Positions 1 to 9,758 of a stretch of 64,000 nt of DNA are shown here, piece after piece. The stretch spans positions 12,831-76,830 of the forward strand of contig JBBSFX010000009.1 in the NCBI GenBank assembly GCA_038254735.1, written 5' to 3'. The first letter of the stretch is position 1, and each line of letters starts with the position of its first letter. The translations under genes were made by a program, and so were the position numbers. This DNA comes from Solirubrobacterales bacterium. GTDB taxonomy: Bacteria > Actinomycetota > Thermoleophilia > Solirubrobacterales > Solirubrobacteraceae. A model generated the notes under the pieces. That model was not told where the DNA came from. It worked only from the letters and a program-made list of their open reading frames with translations, and ran no database searches.

Positions 1-1158
1 GGCGTCGCCCTGGCCGCCGCCCGAGCAGATCGCCGCACAGCCCAGGCCGCCGCCGCGCCGGCGCAGCTCGAGCACCAGCGCGCCGAGGATGCGGGCGCCC
101 GACGCGCCGATCGGGTGGCCGAGCGCGACCGCGCCGCCGTTGACGTTGACCCTGTCCTCGTCGATGCCGAGCATCCGGATCGCGTTCAGCGTGACCGACG
201 CGAACGCCTCGTTGATCTCCCACAGGTCGATCTGCTCGGCGCTCAGTCCGGCCTTGGCCAGCGCCTTCTCCGCCGCCTGGGCGGGGGTCCGGGCGAGCAT
301 CGGGAAATCGTCGGCGACCTGCGCCTGGGCGACGATCGTGGCCAGCGCGGTGCGGCCGTTGCGGCGGGCCCACTCGTCGCTGGCCAGCACCACGGCGCCG
401 CCGCCGTCGTTGACGCCCGGCGAGTTGCCGGCGGTGTGGGACCCGTCCTTGCCGACCAGCCCGGGAAGCGCGGCGAGGCGCTCGAGCGAGGTGTCGCGGC
501 GCGGGCCCTCGTCGACCTCGACGACGGTGTCGCCTCTGCGGGACTTGACGGTCACGGCCACGATCTCCTCGGGCAGCCGGCCCTCGTCGGTGGCCTTGAT
601 CGCCAGCTCATGCGAGCGCAGCGCCCAGCGGTCGAGGTCGGGGCGGGTCAGCTCGAGCTTGTCGCCGACCTCGGTCGCCTCGTCGAACATCTGCCGACCG
701 GAGAACGGGTTGGTGAGCCCGTCGCTGATCATCGCGTCGATCGCCTTGGCGTCGCCCATCCGCAGGCCGAAGCGCGCGCCCTTCAGCATGTACGGAGCGT
801 TGGACATCGACTCCATCCCGCCGCCGACGCCGACCTCGATGTCGCCGGCGCGGATCGCCGCGTCGAGCAGGCCGGCGGCGCGGATGCCCGACGCGCACAC
901 CTTGTTGATCGTCTCGGAGGAGACCTCCTGGGGGATCCCGGCCTTGATCTGCGCCTGACGGGAGGGAATCTGGCCCTGGCCGGCCTGGAGCACCTGGCCC
1001 ATGACCACGTGGTCGACCTGCTCGGGGGCGACCTCGGCGCGCTCCAGCGCGGCCCGGATCGCCGTGCCGCCGAGCTCGGTCGCGTCGAGGCTCGAGAGCC
1101 CACCGCCGAGCTTTCCGATCGGCGTGCGAGCGGCGGACAGGATCACGGTCTTGGGCAT
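1..1158 (-). CDS. acetyl-CoA acetyltransferase (thiolase), 3' end runs off window
   Basis: Manual translation from ATG 1158: MPKTVILSAARTPIGKLGG...; window edge reads ICSGGGQGDA, the typical thiolase C-terminal motif; not in ORF track because it is open at the edge. Confidence 0.92.
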   Translation of the reverse strand, partial: MPKTVILSAARTPIGKLGGGLSSLDATELGGTAIRAALERAEVAPEQVDHVVMGQVLQAGQGQIPSRQAQIKAGIPQEVSSETINKVCASGIRAAGLLDAAIRAGDIEVGVGGGMESMSNAPYMLKGARFGLRMGDAKAIDAMISDGLTNPFSGRQMFDEATEVGDKLELTRPDLDRWALRSHELAIKATDEGRLPEEIVAVTVKSRRGDTVVEVDEGPRRDTSLERLAALPGLVGKDGSHTAGNSPGVNDGGGAVVLASDEWARRNGRTALATIVAQAQVADDFPMLARTPAQAAEKALAKAGLSAEQIDLWEINEAFASVTLNAIRMLGIDEDRVNVNGGAVALGHPIGASGARILGALVLELRRRGGGLGCAAICSGGGQGDA

Positions 1159-1216
1159 GGGCGCTTTGGTCTCCAGAGTCAGCGGTGGCCGGGTCAATCC
1201 TAGTAACGTGCCGCGC

Positions 1217-2656
1217 GTGGACGTCGAGGCGACGACTGAGAGCCCGTACGCGCTGCTCGGCGTCGACACGATCGCGGTCGGCGTGTTCGAAGGCGAGCAG
1301 GTTGCCCATGACGTCGGCAACGGGACGCTGCAGGGGCTCCTCGACGGCGGCGAGGCGAAGCGTACCCTCAATCACGTAACGGTCGCGCACGCCGAGCGCC
1401 GCCGGGTGATCTTGGTCGGCCTCGGCGACCGCGCGCGCTTTGACCCTGAACGCGCCCGCGCCGCGGCTGCGGCCGTCGTGCGCCGCGCCCGCGAGCTGAG
1501 CGCCGGCACGCTGTGCTGGGAGGCCCCCCACCACGTCGAGGACGCCACGATCGGCGCCCTCGTGGAGGGGACTCTGCTGCGTGCGTATCGCTTCGACCGC
1601 TACAAGCGCCCGGGCACCGAGGAGTCCGCGCGGCTCGGCCGGCTGCTGATCAGCGCCCACCACGACGTCTCCGCGCCGGTACGGACGGCGGCGGTGCTCG
1701 CCGCGGCCCAGAACCGTGCCCGCGACCTCGGCAACACGCCGGGCAACGACCTCACGCCGGCGGCGCTGGCCGCGTACGCGCAGGAGGCGGCCGAACGGAT
1801 CGAGGGCCTCGGCGTGGCGATCATGGACGAGGAGGCGATCGCCGCGGCCGGGATGGGGGCGTTCGCGGCGGTGGCCCAGGGCTCGGCACAGGGTGCCCGG
1901 CTGATCCGGCTCGAGTACGACGGCGGCCCGGGGCCGCTGCTGGGGCTGGTCGGCAAGGCGGTGACCTTCGACACCGGCGGGATCTCGCTCAAGCCCGCGG
2001 GCAAGATGCACGAGATGAAGTTCGACATGGGCGGCGGCGCCGCGGTGATCGAGGGGATCTCGGCGATCGCCGAGCTCGGGCTGCCGGTCCGTGCGCTGGG
2101 CGTCGTCGGCGCCACCGAGAACATGCCTGGCGGCCGCGCGATCAAGCCCGGCGACATCGTCACCGCGCTCGACGGGACAACGGTCGAGATCAACAACACC
2201 GATGCCGAGGGCCGGCTGGTGCTCGCCGACTGCCTCACCTACGCCCGCCGTGAGGGCGCGGAGCGACTCGTTGACCTGGCCACGCTGACCGGCGGCGTGG
2301 TGGTCGCGCTGGGCGCGGTGTACAGCGGGCTGATGAGCAACGACGACGCCTGGGCCGAACGTGTCCGGGCGGCCGGCGAGGCGACCGGCGAGCTGGCCTG
2401 GCGGCTGCCGCTGCACGAGGCCTACGCGGAGATGGTCAAGGGCCGCTACGCCCAGCTGACGAACCTGACCGAACGCCGCGAGGCGTCCTCGATCACCGCC
2501 GCCGAGTTCCTCCACCACTTCGTCGGCGAGACGCCATGGGCGCACCTCGACATCGCCGGCACCGGCTTCGACGCCAAGCGTCCGTACTTCGCCGACAAGG
2601 GCGCGACCGGATTCGGCGTGCGACTGCTGGTCGCGCTCGCGCGCGGCCTGTCCTGA
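1217..2656 (+). CDS. pepA: leucyl aminopeptidase (M17)
   Basis: GKAVTFDTGG, MKFDMGG, NTDAEGRL metal-binding motifs; start GTG 1217 chosen because TAACGT (-10-like) lies 7 nt upstream. Confidence 0.95.
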   Translation: MDVEATTESPYALLGVDTIAVGVFEGEQVAHDVGNGTLQGLLDGGEAKRTLNHVTVAHAERRRVILVGLGDRARFDPERARAAAAAVVRRARELSAGTLCWEAPHHVEDATIGALVEGTLLRAYRFDRYKRPGTEESARLGRLLISAHHDVSAPVRTAAVLAAAQNRARDLGNTPGNDLTPAALAAYAQEAAERIEGLGVAIMDEEAIAAAGMGAFAAVAQGSAQGARLIRLEYDGGPGPLLGLVGKAVTFDTGGISLKPAGKMHEMKFDMGGGAAVIEGISAIAELGLPVRALGVVGATENMPGGRAIKPGDIVTALDGTTVEINNTDAEGRLVLADCLTYARREGAERLVDLATLTGGVVVALGAVYSGLMSNDDAWAERVRAAGEATGELAWRLPLHEAYAEMVKGRYAQLTNLTERREASSITAAEFLHHFVGETPWAHLDIAGTGFDAKRPYFADKGATGFGVRLLVALARGLS

Positions 2657-2724
2657 GCCTACTCAGGCTCTGACGATCGCCGGCAGCCGGCGCATCAGCC
2701 GGCGGGCCCCGCGACGCGCACGCG

Positions 2725-3678
2725 TCAGCCCCTCAGGCGCCGCTCGAGGATCTCGCCCGCGGCGCTGGCCGGGTCGAGCTCGCGCGAGACGACCCGGTCG
2801 AGCACACCCTGGGTGCCCTGGTCGCCCTCGACCCACGCCTCGAGCTCGCGGCGCATCCGGTGGGTGGCGATCGCCACCACTTCGCTCAGCAGGTTGCGCC
2901 GGCGGCGCTCGGACAGCGTTCCCTCGGCCTCGATGTGGTCCCGGTGGGCGGCCATCTGGTCGAGCAGCTCCTCGACGCCTTTCCCCCGCGTCGCCTCGGT
3001 CTTGACGATCGGCACCTGCCACCCCTCGCGCGGGCCGAGCGCGAGGATCCCCTTGATCTCGCGCATCATCGTGTCGGTCAGCGGGTGGTCGGCCTTGTTG
3101 ACGACGATGATGTCGGGGATCTCCATCACCCCGGCCTTGAGCGCCTGGATCGAGTCGCCGGCGCCGGGCATCAGCACGAGCACGACGGTGTCGGCGTGGT
3201 CGATGATGTCGACCTCGGCCTGGCCCACCCCGACCGTCTCGAGCAGCACGATGTCGCGCCCGGAGGCGTCCATCAGCAGCGCCGCCTGCAGCGCCGCCTC
3301 GGACAGCCCCCCCAGCGCGCCGCGGCTGGCCATCGAGCGGATGAACACGCCGGGGTCGAGGAAGTGGTCGGAGAGGCGGATCCGGTCGCCGAGCAGGGCG
3401 CCCTTGGTGAACGGCGAGGAGGGATCGATCGACAGCACCGCCACGGTCTTCTCGCGCTCGCGCTCGAGCTTCGTCAGCGCGCTGAGCAGCGTCGACTTGC
3501 CGACGCCGGGCGGCCCGGTGAAGCCGACGACGGCGGCGTTGCCGGTGTGCGGGAAGACCTCGCGCACGAGCTTCCAACCATCCGGGTCGTCGTTCTCGAC
3601 CAGCGTGATCGCCCGCGCCAGCGCGCGCTTGTCGCCGGCCAGCAGACGCTCTGCCAGGGGGGCCTGGAAATCGGGCAT
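2725..3678 (-). CDS. meaB: methylmalonyl-CoA mutase-associated GTPase MeaB/ArgK
   Basis: GPPGVGKST, DPSSPF, SRGALGG, ETVGVGQ, NKAD motifs; start uncertain (3678-3693). Confidence 0.93.
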   Translation of the reverse strand: MPDFQAPLAERLLAGDKRALARAITLVENDDPDGWKLVREVFPHTGNAAVVGFTGPPGVGKSTLLSALTKLEREREKTVAVLSIDPSSPFTKGALLGDRIRLSDHFLDPGVFIRSMASRGALGGLSEAALQAALLMDASGRDIVLLETVGVGQAEVDIIDHADTVVLVLMPGAGDSIQALKAGVMEIPDIIVVNKADHPLTDTMMREIKGILALGPREGWQVPIVKTEATRGKGVEELLDQMAAHRDHIEAEGTLSERRRRNLLSEVVAIATHRMRRELEAWVEGDQGTQGVLDRVVSRELDPASAAGEILERRLRG

Positions 3679-3737
3679 GAGGCGGCGCATCATCGCAGGA
3701 GCGACCGATCGACGGAGGTCGATAAGGACGATTACGA

Positions 3738-4436
3738 TTGCTCACCGTGCCCGCACGTACGGTGAACAAGCCGCCGGCGCGGGCGGGTGGGAAAACCTCC
3801 ATTCGCCGGCCGCCCGCGCCGCTGCGCGGCGGACCGCTGACCTTTCTGCGCTTCGCCCGCAGCCATCACATGCTCCACCGCGGCTACGTCGTGCTGGTCG
3901 CCCGCTGGCTGTGGCTGAAGCTGCGCTGGCGGAGCCGCCTGCAGACCGACGGGCTGTGCTTCGTGTGCCCCGGGGTCAAGCTCGAGATCGGCCCGGAGGC
4001 GATCGTCCGGCTCGGGCGCTGGTCGTGGCTCGGCCACGGCTGCAAGATCCGTGCCCATGAGGGCGAGGTGTCGATCGGCGCCAAGACAGTGCTCGGCCAG
4101 GAGTGCACGATCTCGAGCTACCGGCACGTGTCGATCGGGCGCGAGTGCATCGTCGCCGACCGGGTGATGCTGATCGACTTCGACCACGGGATGGTCGAGG
4201 TCGAGCGCCCGATCCGCAACCAGGGGATCTACACCCGTGAGGTCAGGGTCGGCCACAACGTGTGGGTCGGCTACGGCGCCTGCATCCTCCGCGGCGTGAG
4301 CGTCGGCGACAACTCGGTGATCGGTACCAGCGCCGTCGTCACCAAGGACGTGCCCGACAACGCCGTCGTCGGCGGCGTGCCGGCCAAGCTGATCCGCATG
4401 CGCGACGCGCCCGCGACGTTCCGCTGGGGCGGGTAA
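3738..4436 (+). CDS. hexapeptide-repeat (left-handed beta-helix) acyltransferase, Rv3034c-like
   Basis: IRAHEG...IDFDH...QGI...VWVG..ILRGVSVGDNSVIG..VVTKDVP..VVGGVPAK pattern; start uncertain. Confidence 0.85.
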   Translation: MLTVPARTVNKPPARAGGKTSIRRPPAPLRGGPLTFLRFARSHHMLHRGYVVLVARWLWLKLRWRSRLQTDGLCFVCPGVKLEIGPEAIVRLGRWSWLGHGCKIRAHEGEVSIGAKTVLGQECTISSYRHVSIGRECIVADRVMLIDFDHGMVEVERPIRNQGIYTREVRVGHNVWVGYGACILRGVSVGDNSVIGTSAVVTKDVPDNAVVGGVPAKLIRMRDAPATFRWGG

Positions 4437-4449
4437 CGCCGCCAAACGC

Positions 4450-5919
4450 TCAGCGCAGGACCGGGGCGAGGTTGCGCATGCGATCCTCGAGCCCGACGTT
4501 GCCGCGCAGCGCCGCCTGCAGCTCGGCGTGGTGCCCGGCGGCGCGCTGCTCGGGGTAGTCGCCGGCCCACCCGCGGTCGGCCAGGAACGCCCAGTCGCTG
4601 GCCTGGAGCGCCAGCAGCTCGCGCAGCGCCCGGTCCCCGGCGCCCTCACCGTCGCGACCGCAGTGGCCGCCCGGTCCGCCGTGAGCACCGCCGGTCAGCG
4701 TGCGGAGCTCGGCGGTGCGCGCACGCCACGCGAAGTCTGCCACCTTGGGGCCGCTCCACGTCCTCAGGTCGCCGCCCTCGCCCCAGCTCGAGACCCCCAG
4801 ATCGTCCGGCGCCGCTACCGGCCGGCCCCCCTCGAGCATGCCGTCGAGCGCGTCGTCGAGCGCGTCGTCGAGCGTGCTCAGCGCGACCCCCTGGACGCCA
4901 GCCTCGGCGATCACGCCGGCCAGCCAGCTGACGCCCTCGTACCACCAGTGGCCGAACAGCTCGGTGTCGAACGCGCACACGCAGACGCCGCCGCCGGCCA
5001 CCCGCTCTCCGACGTGGGCGACAAAGTCGCGGGCGTCGGCCCGGACCTGGGTCGCGGCGCGGGCGGGGTCGTAGGGCTCGCCGTCGTTGGCCCAGATCCT
5101 GTGGTGACGGTCGGTCAGCCTGTCGTGGGCCCGGTAGGCGGCCCCGGCCGGATAGCCGCCGGCGCCCCAAACGAGGTCGATCGTCGCGCGGTCGATCGGC
5201 CACAGCACCGGCCCGTCGTCGGTCCGCAGCGGGCGCAAATGGCGAGCGTCGCCGCGGCCAAAGCGGCCGGTGAGCTCGACGCAGGTGGCCCGGACCCCGG
5301 CCTCCTCGAGCGCCGGGTGCAGCCACGGCGCGTGGGCGCACTCGGGCAGCCAGAAGCCCCCCGCCCACGACTCCCGGTCGGCGGCGAGGCGCCGGTCGGC
5401 GAAGCGGCGTCGGTGGGCGGCGATCCCCAGGGCGATCTGCAACTCGAGGCCGGCTTCCGTGCAGAGCAGCGGCAGCACCGCGTGGGTGGCCGACGAGGTC
5501 CAGCGCGCGTGCGCCCCGAGCGCGGGCAGCAGTCCCTCCCCGAGGCTCCGCAGCCGCCGCGCCACGGCCGCGTACTCGGCCGCTGAGCGCTCGAGCTCGG
5601 CGACCAGCCGGGGCTCTCCGGAATGGGCCTCGAGGTCGCGCGCGTGCGAGGCCGGCCGCACCTGCTCGAGGAACGCGACGCACCGGGAGATCGCCCCTGG
5701 CGCCTCGAGCTGATCGCACAGCACCGGGGTCAGCGACAGCGTCACCGCCGGGCTCGCGGGGCTGCCTGCGTCGAGCACGTCGAGCAGCGGCAGGTAGCTG
5801 GTGGCGATCGCCTCCCACAGCCACTCCTCGCCGAACGGCCACGTCCCGAAGCCCTCGACGTAGGGCATGTGGGTGTGCAGGACGAGCGCCAGCGCGCCAT
5901 CGGCGACGGCGTCGCTCAA
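4450..5919 (-). CDS. GH57 family 1,4-alpha-glucan branching enzyme, Rv3031-like
   Basis: LHTHMPY, EEWLWEA, GFWLPEC, FDTELFGHWWYEG, LQASDWAF; TTG start overlaps upstream TGA (TTGA). Confidence 0.9.
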   Translation of the reverse strand: MSDAVADGALALVLHTHMPYVEGFGTWPFGEEWLWEAIATSYLPLLDVLDAGSPASPAVTLSLTPVLCDQLEAPGAISRCVAFLEQVRPASHARDLEAHSGEPRLVAELERSAAEYAAVARRLRSLGEGLLPALGAHARWTSSATHAVLPLLCTEAGLELQIALGIAAHRRRFADRRLAADRESWAGGFWLPECAHAPWLHPALEEAGVRATCVELTGRFGRGDARHLRPLRTDDGPVLWPIDRATIDLVWGAGGYPAGAAYRAHDRLTDRHHRIWANDGEPYDPARAATQVRADARDFVAHVGERVAGGGVCVCAFDTELFGHWWYEGVSWLAGVIAEAGVQGVALSTLDDALDDALDGMLEGGRPVAAPDDLGVSSWGEGGDLRTWSGPKVADFAWRARTAELRTLTGGAHGGPGGHCGRDGEGAGDRALRELLALQASDWAFLADRGWAGDYPEQRAAGHHAELQAALRGNVGLEDRMRNLAPVLR

Positions 5920-6683
5920 CGGCACACGGCGAGGAAGTCGAGCGCCGCGTCGAGGTTCCCGGGGGCGATCGAGAAGTCGCTGGTGGCGATCGCCGGGGTG
6001 AAGCGCTCGTAGAACGGCCGGGTCAGGCCGAGCCGCTTGTGCACGTGGTCCCAGCCGAGCCTCAGCGCGAGCGCGTGAAGGCGGAGCTTGCCGGCGTGGG
6101 TGACCCCGTAGAGGTCGACCGAGTCGAACACCGAGGCGAGCAGCGCGCGGAGCTCCTCGGGCCGGTACTCCTTGAGATGCCATGGGTTGTCGGACTTCTC
6201 GGCCCCCGGGGGGGCGAGCGTGAGCAGGTTCGGGGTCGAGACATAGACGGCGCCGCCGGGACGCACCAGCGTCTGGAAGTGGCGCAGCACGGCCGCCGGG
6301 TCGTGGACGTGCTCGATCGTCTGCAGGAACGTCACGGCGTCGTAGGCGCCGGGATCGCCGTAGGTCTCGACCAGGCCGCGTTCGAAGCTCAGGTTCTCCC
6401 CCCGGTAGCGCAGCCGCGCGTGCTCGTAGGCCTCCGGGTTGGCGTCGAGACCGAGCACCGAGGCGGCCGCGCCAGCCAGCACGTGGGCCCCGTAGCCCTC
6501 GCCGCAGGCCATGTCGATCACCGCGGCCCCGGGCACGCGGGCGGCGATCCACTCGTACACGACGAGGTGCCGGCGATACCAGTAGTTCTCCGCCGGGACG
6601 TCCGGGAGCGTGCGCTCGCCGGTGAGCGCCAGCGGCGGCACTCCGGGGGCCTGATCCAGCTGTACGTAGGCGTTCGCCGGCAC
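5916..6683 (-). CDS. class I SAM-dependent methyltransferase, Rv3030-like
   Basis: LTGERTLP..ENYWYRRH and DMACGEGYG motifs; start GTG 6683 avoids overlap with the divergent gene. Confidence 0.88.
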   Translation of the reverse strand: MPANAYVQLDQAPGVPPLALTGERTLPDVPAENYWYRRHLVVYEWIAARVPGAAVIDMACGEGYGAHVLAGAAASVLGLDANPEAYEHARLRYRGENLSFERGLVETYGDPGAYDAVTFLQTIEHVHDPAAVLRHFQTLVRPGGAVYVSTPNLLTLAPPGAEKSDNPWHLKEYRPEELRALLASVFDSVDLYGVTHAGKLRLHALALRLGWDHVHKRLGLTRPFYERFTPAIATSDFSIAPGNLDAALDFLAVCR

Positions 6684-6711
6684 AACCCGACACAGTAATG
6701 TCATCGCCGCC

Positions 6712-7632
6712 ATGCAGGCAGTGAGGACAGCAAACGAGATCCGCGAGGTGAACACGCGCTACCACGACGTCGCGGCAGACGGCTACGACTCGAAGTGGGG
6801 AATCGACTTCGGCGAGGTCGGCCAGGCGCAGGTGCTCGGCAAGCTCCGCAAGCTGCTCGGCTCAGAGCTCGACCGGGGCTACCGCCGCTCGCTCGAGATC
6901 GGCGCCGGGACCGGCTACTTCACCCTCAACCTGCTCCAAGCCGGAGTGGTCGAAAAGGCAACCTGCACCGACATCTCGCCCGGGATGGTCTCGACCCTCG
7001 GGGCCAACGCCCGCCGGCTCGGACTCGATGTGCGGACCGCCCGGGCCGAGGCGGAGTCGCTGCCGTTCGCCGAGGACAGCTTCGACCTCGTGCTCGGCCA
7101 CGCCGTGCTCCACCACCTGCCCAACCTCGAGCGGGCGTTCTCGGAGTTCCACCGGGTGCTGCGCCCGGGCGGCCGGCTCGTGTTCGCCGGCGAGCCCTCG
7201 CGCTTCGGCGATCGCCTGGCCCGGATCCCCAAGCGGACGGCCGGGCGGGTCTCGCCGGTGTGGCGGACGCTGCTGCGCGCGCGCAGCGCGTCGCCGCCGT
7301 CAGCCGGCGGCTCGGGCCGCGGTCGCGATCACGCGCTCGAGGCGTTCGTCGACATCCACGCCTTCGTCCCCGGCGACCTGGCCAAGCTGGCCCGCCGGGC
7401 GGGCTTCGACGAGGTCCGCGTCCGCGGCGAGGAGCTCGTGGCCAACTGGTTCGGCTGGTTCAACCGCGTGCTCGAGGCGAGCGCGAACCCCGATGACGTG
7501 CCGATGCTGTGGCGCCGCTACGCATTCCACGGCTACCTGGCGCTGCAGAAGCTCGACGAGCACGTGCTCGAGCCGATGCTGCCGCCGGCGCTGTTCTACA
7601 ACCTGCTCGTGTCCGCGCGCCACCCCGGCTAG
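6712..7632 (+). CDS. class I SAM-dependent methyltransferase, Rv3038c-like
   Basis: YHD..A..YDSKW, LEIGAGTG, FDLVLGHAVLHH, VFAGEP, DIHAF, FYN motifs. Confidence 0.88.
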   Translation: MQAVRTANEIREVNTRYHDVAADGYDSKWGIDFGEVGQAQVLGKLRKLLGSELDRGYRRSLEIGAGTGYFTLNLLQAGVVEKATCTDISPGMVSTLGANARRLGLDVRTARAEAESLPFAEDSFDLVLGHAVLHHLPNLERAFSEFHRVLRPGGRLVFAGEPSRFGDRLARIPKRTAGRVSPVWRTLLRARSASPPSAGGSGRGRDHALEAFVDIHAFVPGDLAKLARRAGFDEVRVRGEELVANWFGWFNRVLEASANPDDVPMLWRRYAFHGYLALQKLDEHVLEPMLPPALFYNLLVSARHPG

Positions 7633-7667
7633 ATCCGGGCACCGCGGCTCCTAGACTCCCTCAGGAG

Positions 7668-8294
7668 ATGGAGTCGACCCGGACCGAGGACTTCCCGCTG
7701 TTCCCGCTGGGGCTCGTGGCGCTCCCGACCGAGCTCGTGCCGCTGCACATCTTCGAGGAGCGCTACAAGGCGATGATCAACCTGTGCCTCGAGGCGGAGC
7801 GCGAGTTCGGGATCGTGTGGCTGGCCGACGACGGGCTGCGGGAGATCGGGTGCGCCTGCCGCATCGAGCGGGTGCTCGAGCGCCTCGACGACGGCCGGAT
7901 CAACATCGTCGCGCGCGGCACCAGGCCGATCCGCGTGCTCGAGCGCCAGTCGCACCTGCCGTACCCGGCCGGGGTGATCGAGTACGTGTCCGATCGCGAC
8001 GAGGCGCCGGACGCCGAGGACGGCGCGACGGCACGGGCGGTCTACGCCGAGCTGGTCAAGCAGGCCACCGGGCGCGACCCCGACGAGGCCGACGTCGCCG
8101 AGATGAGCGCCTACGCGATGGCGGCGACGGTCGAGTTCGGGCTCGAGGCCAAGCAGGGGCTGCTCGACCTGCGCTCCGAGAACGCGCGCATGCGCTTCGT
8201 CAGCCGGCTGTTCCGCGGGGCGATCAAGCGGCTCGACTTCGCCGACCTGATCGAGACCCGCGCGCGCTCCAACGGCAAGGTCCGCTTCGGCTGA
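7668..8294 (+). CDS. LON peptidase substrate-binding domain protein
   Basis: FPLFPL...PLHIFEERYKAMI motif; AGGAG SD before ATG 7668. Confidence 0.88.
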   Translation: MESTRTEDFPLFPLGLVALPTELVPLHIFEERYKAMINLCLEAEREFGIVWLADDGLREIGCACRIERVLERLDDGRINIVARGTRPIRVLERQSHLPYPAGVIEYVSDRDEAPDAEDGATARAVYAELVKQATGRDPDEADVAEMSAYAMAATVEFGLEAKQGLLDLRSENARMRFVSRLFRGAIKRLDFADLIETRARSNGKVRFG

Positions 8295-8299
8295 GCCGC

Positions 8300-9211
8300 C
8301 TACGCGTTGTAGATGATCATCGCGGCACCGAAGATCAGGCAGTAGATCCCGAACGGGCGCAGGTTCCCGCGTCTGAAGTAGCGGGTGAGGAAGTGCACCG
8401 TGAAGACCGCGGTGACGGCGGCGACCGCGGCGCCGATCACGGCAGCGCCGCGGATCCCATTGCCGAGCTGCCCGGTCAGGTCGGGGAGCTTGTAGACGCC
8501 GGCGGCGAGGATGATCGGCGTGGCGAGCAGGAAGCCGTAGCGCGCCGCGTCGCTGTTGTCGAGCCCGCGCGCGAGGCCGGTGGCCATGACCACGCCGTCG
8601 CGGCTGATGCCGGCGATCAGGGCGGTCGATTCGGCGACCCCGATCAGCGCAGCCTCGCGGTACTCCAGCGAATCGAGCCGCCGCCCCCCGTTCTCCTTGG
8701 CCCCCTCCCGCTGGGCCAGCGCGCGCACCTCGACGCGGCGTCGCAGGCGCTCGGCCCCGATCAGGATACACCCGTTGACGACGAGGAAGATCGCGGCGAT
8801 CTCGGGCTTCGCCGTGGCCGTGCGGGCCGCGTGCTCGAACGCGATGCCGAGGATCCCGACGGGGATGCTCGCGACGATGATCAGCCACGCCAACCGCTCG
8901 GTCGGGGTCTCGATCCGGCGCTTGGAGAGGGTGGCGAAGAACGCCTTCACCAGCTGCACCCAATCGCGCCAGAAGTAGATCAGCAGGCCGATCGCGCTGC
9001 CCACGTGGAGCATCACGATGAACGCCAGCCACGGCGACTCCGACTGCGACTGGAAGTGCACGATCTGATCCCAGCCGAACAGCTTCGGGAACAGCACGGT
9101 ATGGCCGAGGCTGGAAATCGGGAACAGCTCGGCGACGCCCTGGAGCAGGCCGAGCACGATCGCGCGGAACGTGGTGAACCCATGGTTGGTGGCGAGCGCG
9201 AGCGCGAGCAC
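8300..9211 (-). CDS. uppP: undecaprenyl-diphosphate phosphatase (BacA/UppP)
   Basis: GLLQGVAELFPISSLGH and LIAGISR motifs; multiple TM segments. Confidence 0.92.
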   Translation of the reverse strand: MLALALATNHGFTTFRAIVLGLLQGVAELFPISSLGHTVLFPKLFGWDQIVHFQSQSESPWLAFIVMLHVGSAIGLLIYFWRDWVQLVKAFFATLSKRRIETPTERLAWLIIVASIPVGILGIAFEHAARTATAKPEIAAIFLVVNGCILIGAERLRRRVEVRALAQREGAKENGGRRLDSLEYREAALIGVAESTALIAGISRDGVVMATGLARGLDNSDAARYGFLLATPIILAAGVYKLPDLTGQLGNGIRGAAVIGAAVAAVTAVFTVHFLTRYFRRGNLRPFGIYCLIFGAAMIIYNA

Positions 9212-9302
9212 GGCGAAGGCGAGAACAGTAGCCGGGTTGGCCTCAGAACGTCCCAGCGCGAGATGAGGCGTTTCTCACGCTCGTGACGTCCCTGCGTCCC
9301 TG

Positions 9303-9758
9303 TCAACGGTGCCCGGCGCAGACGCCCTCGGCGCTCCGGGTCGCGAACAGCTCGGCCTGGGCGAGCGTCCGGTCCCGCGCGCCGGCGGTGTCGGGAAAGC
9401 TGATCGTGCCCTGCTGCAGGCTGACCGTGAAGAAGTCGACGGCGCCGTGGCCGGCCGGGAAGCGGGCGTGCTTCTGGACCTCCCTGGCCACGTTGTCGGC
9501 GAGGTCGCGAGCCTGGATCAGCGCCGGGTCCGGCAGGCTCCGCGCCGCGGCGCCGTTGCAGCGGATCGTGCCGCCGTCGTTGACCAGCAGCGTCAGCTTG
9601 CCCTGCGCGCCGGTCCGCGTGAGCAGGAACAGGTCAGCGGAGCGCACCTGGAAGCCGCAGCCGGCGGCGGCGAGGGCGGCCCACATGGCCGCCACCGCGG
9701 CGATGGGCGCGCGCGGGCGGGACGCTCGCGGGCGGCCCAGCAGGCCCGGCAGGCCCAT
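9303..9758 (-). CDS. hypothetical lipoprotein
   Basis: ATG overlaps ggt stop (TGATG); hydrophobic stretch ending LAAAGC (lipobox-like); high GC3. Confidence 0.6.
   Translation of the reverse strand: MGLPGLLGRPRASRPRAPIAAVAAMWAALAAAGCGFQVRSADLFLLTRTGAQGKLTLLVNDGGTIRCNGAAARSLPDPALIQARDLADNVAREVQKHARFPAGHGAVDFFTVSLQQGTISFPDTAGARDRTLAQAELFATRSAEGVCAGHR

Noticed and set aside
4450-6765. 771-aa ORF as a methyltransferase-GH57 fusion
   Set aside because: The methyltransferase is in a different frame (stop 5916); the upstream part of the long ORF is a shadow reading with no protein-like signal.
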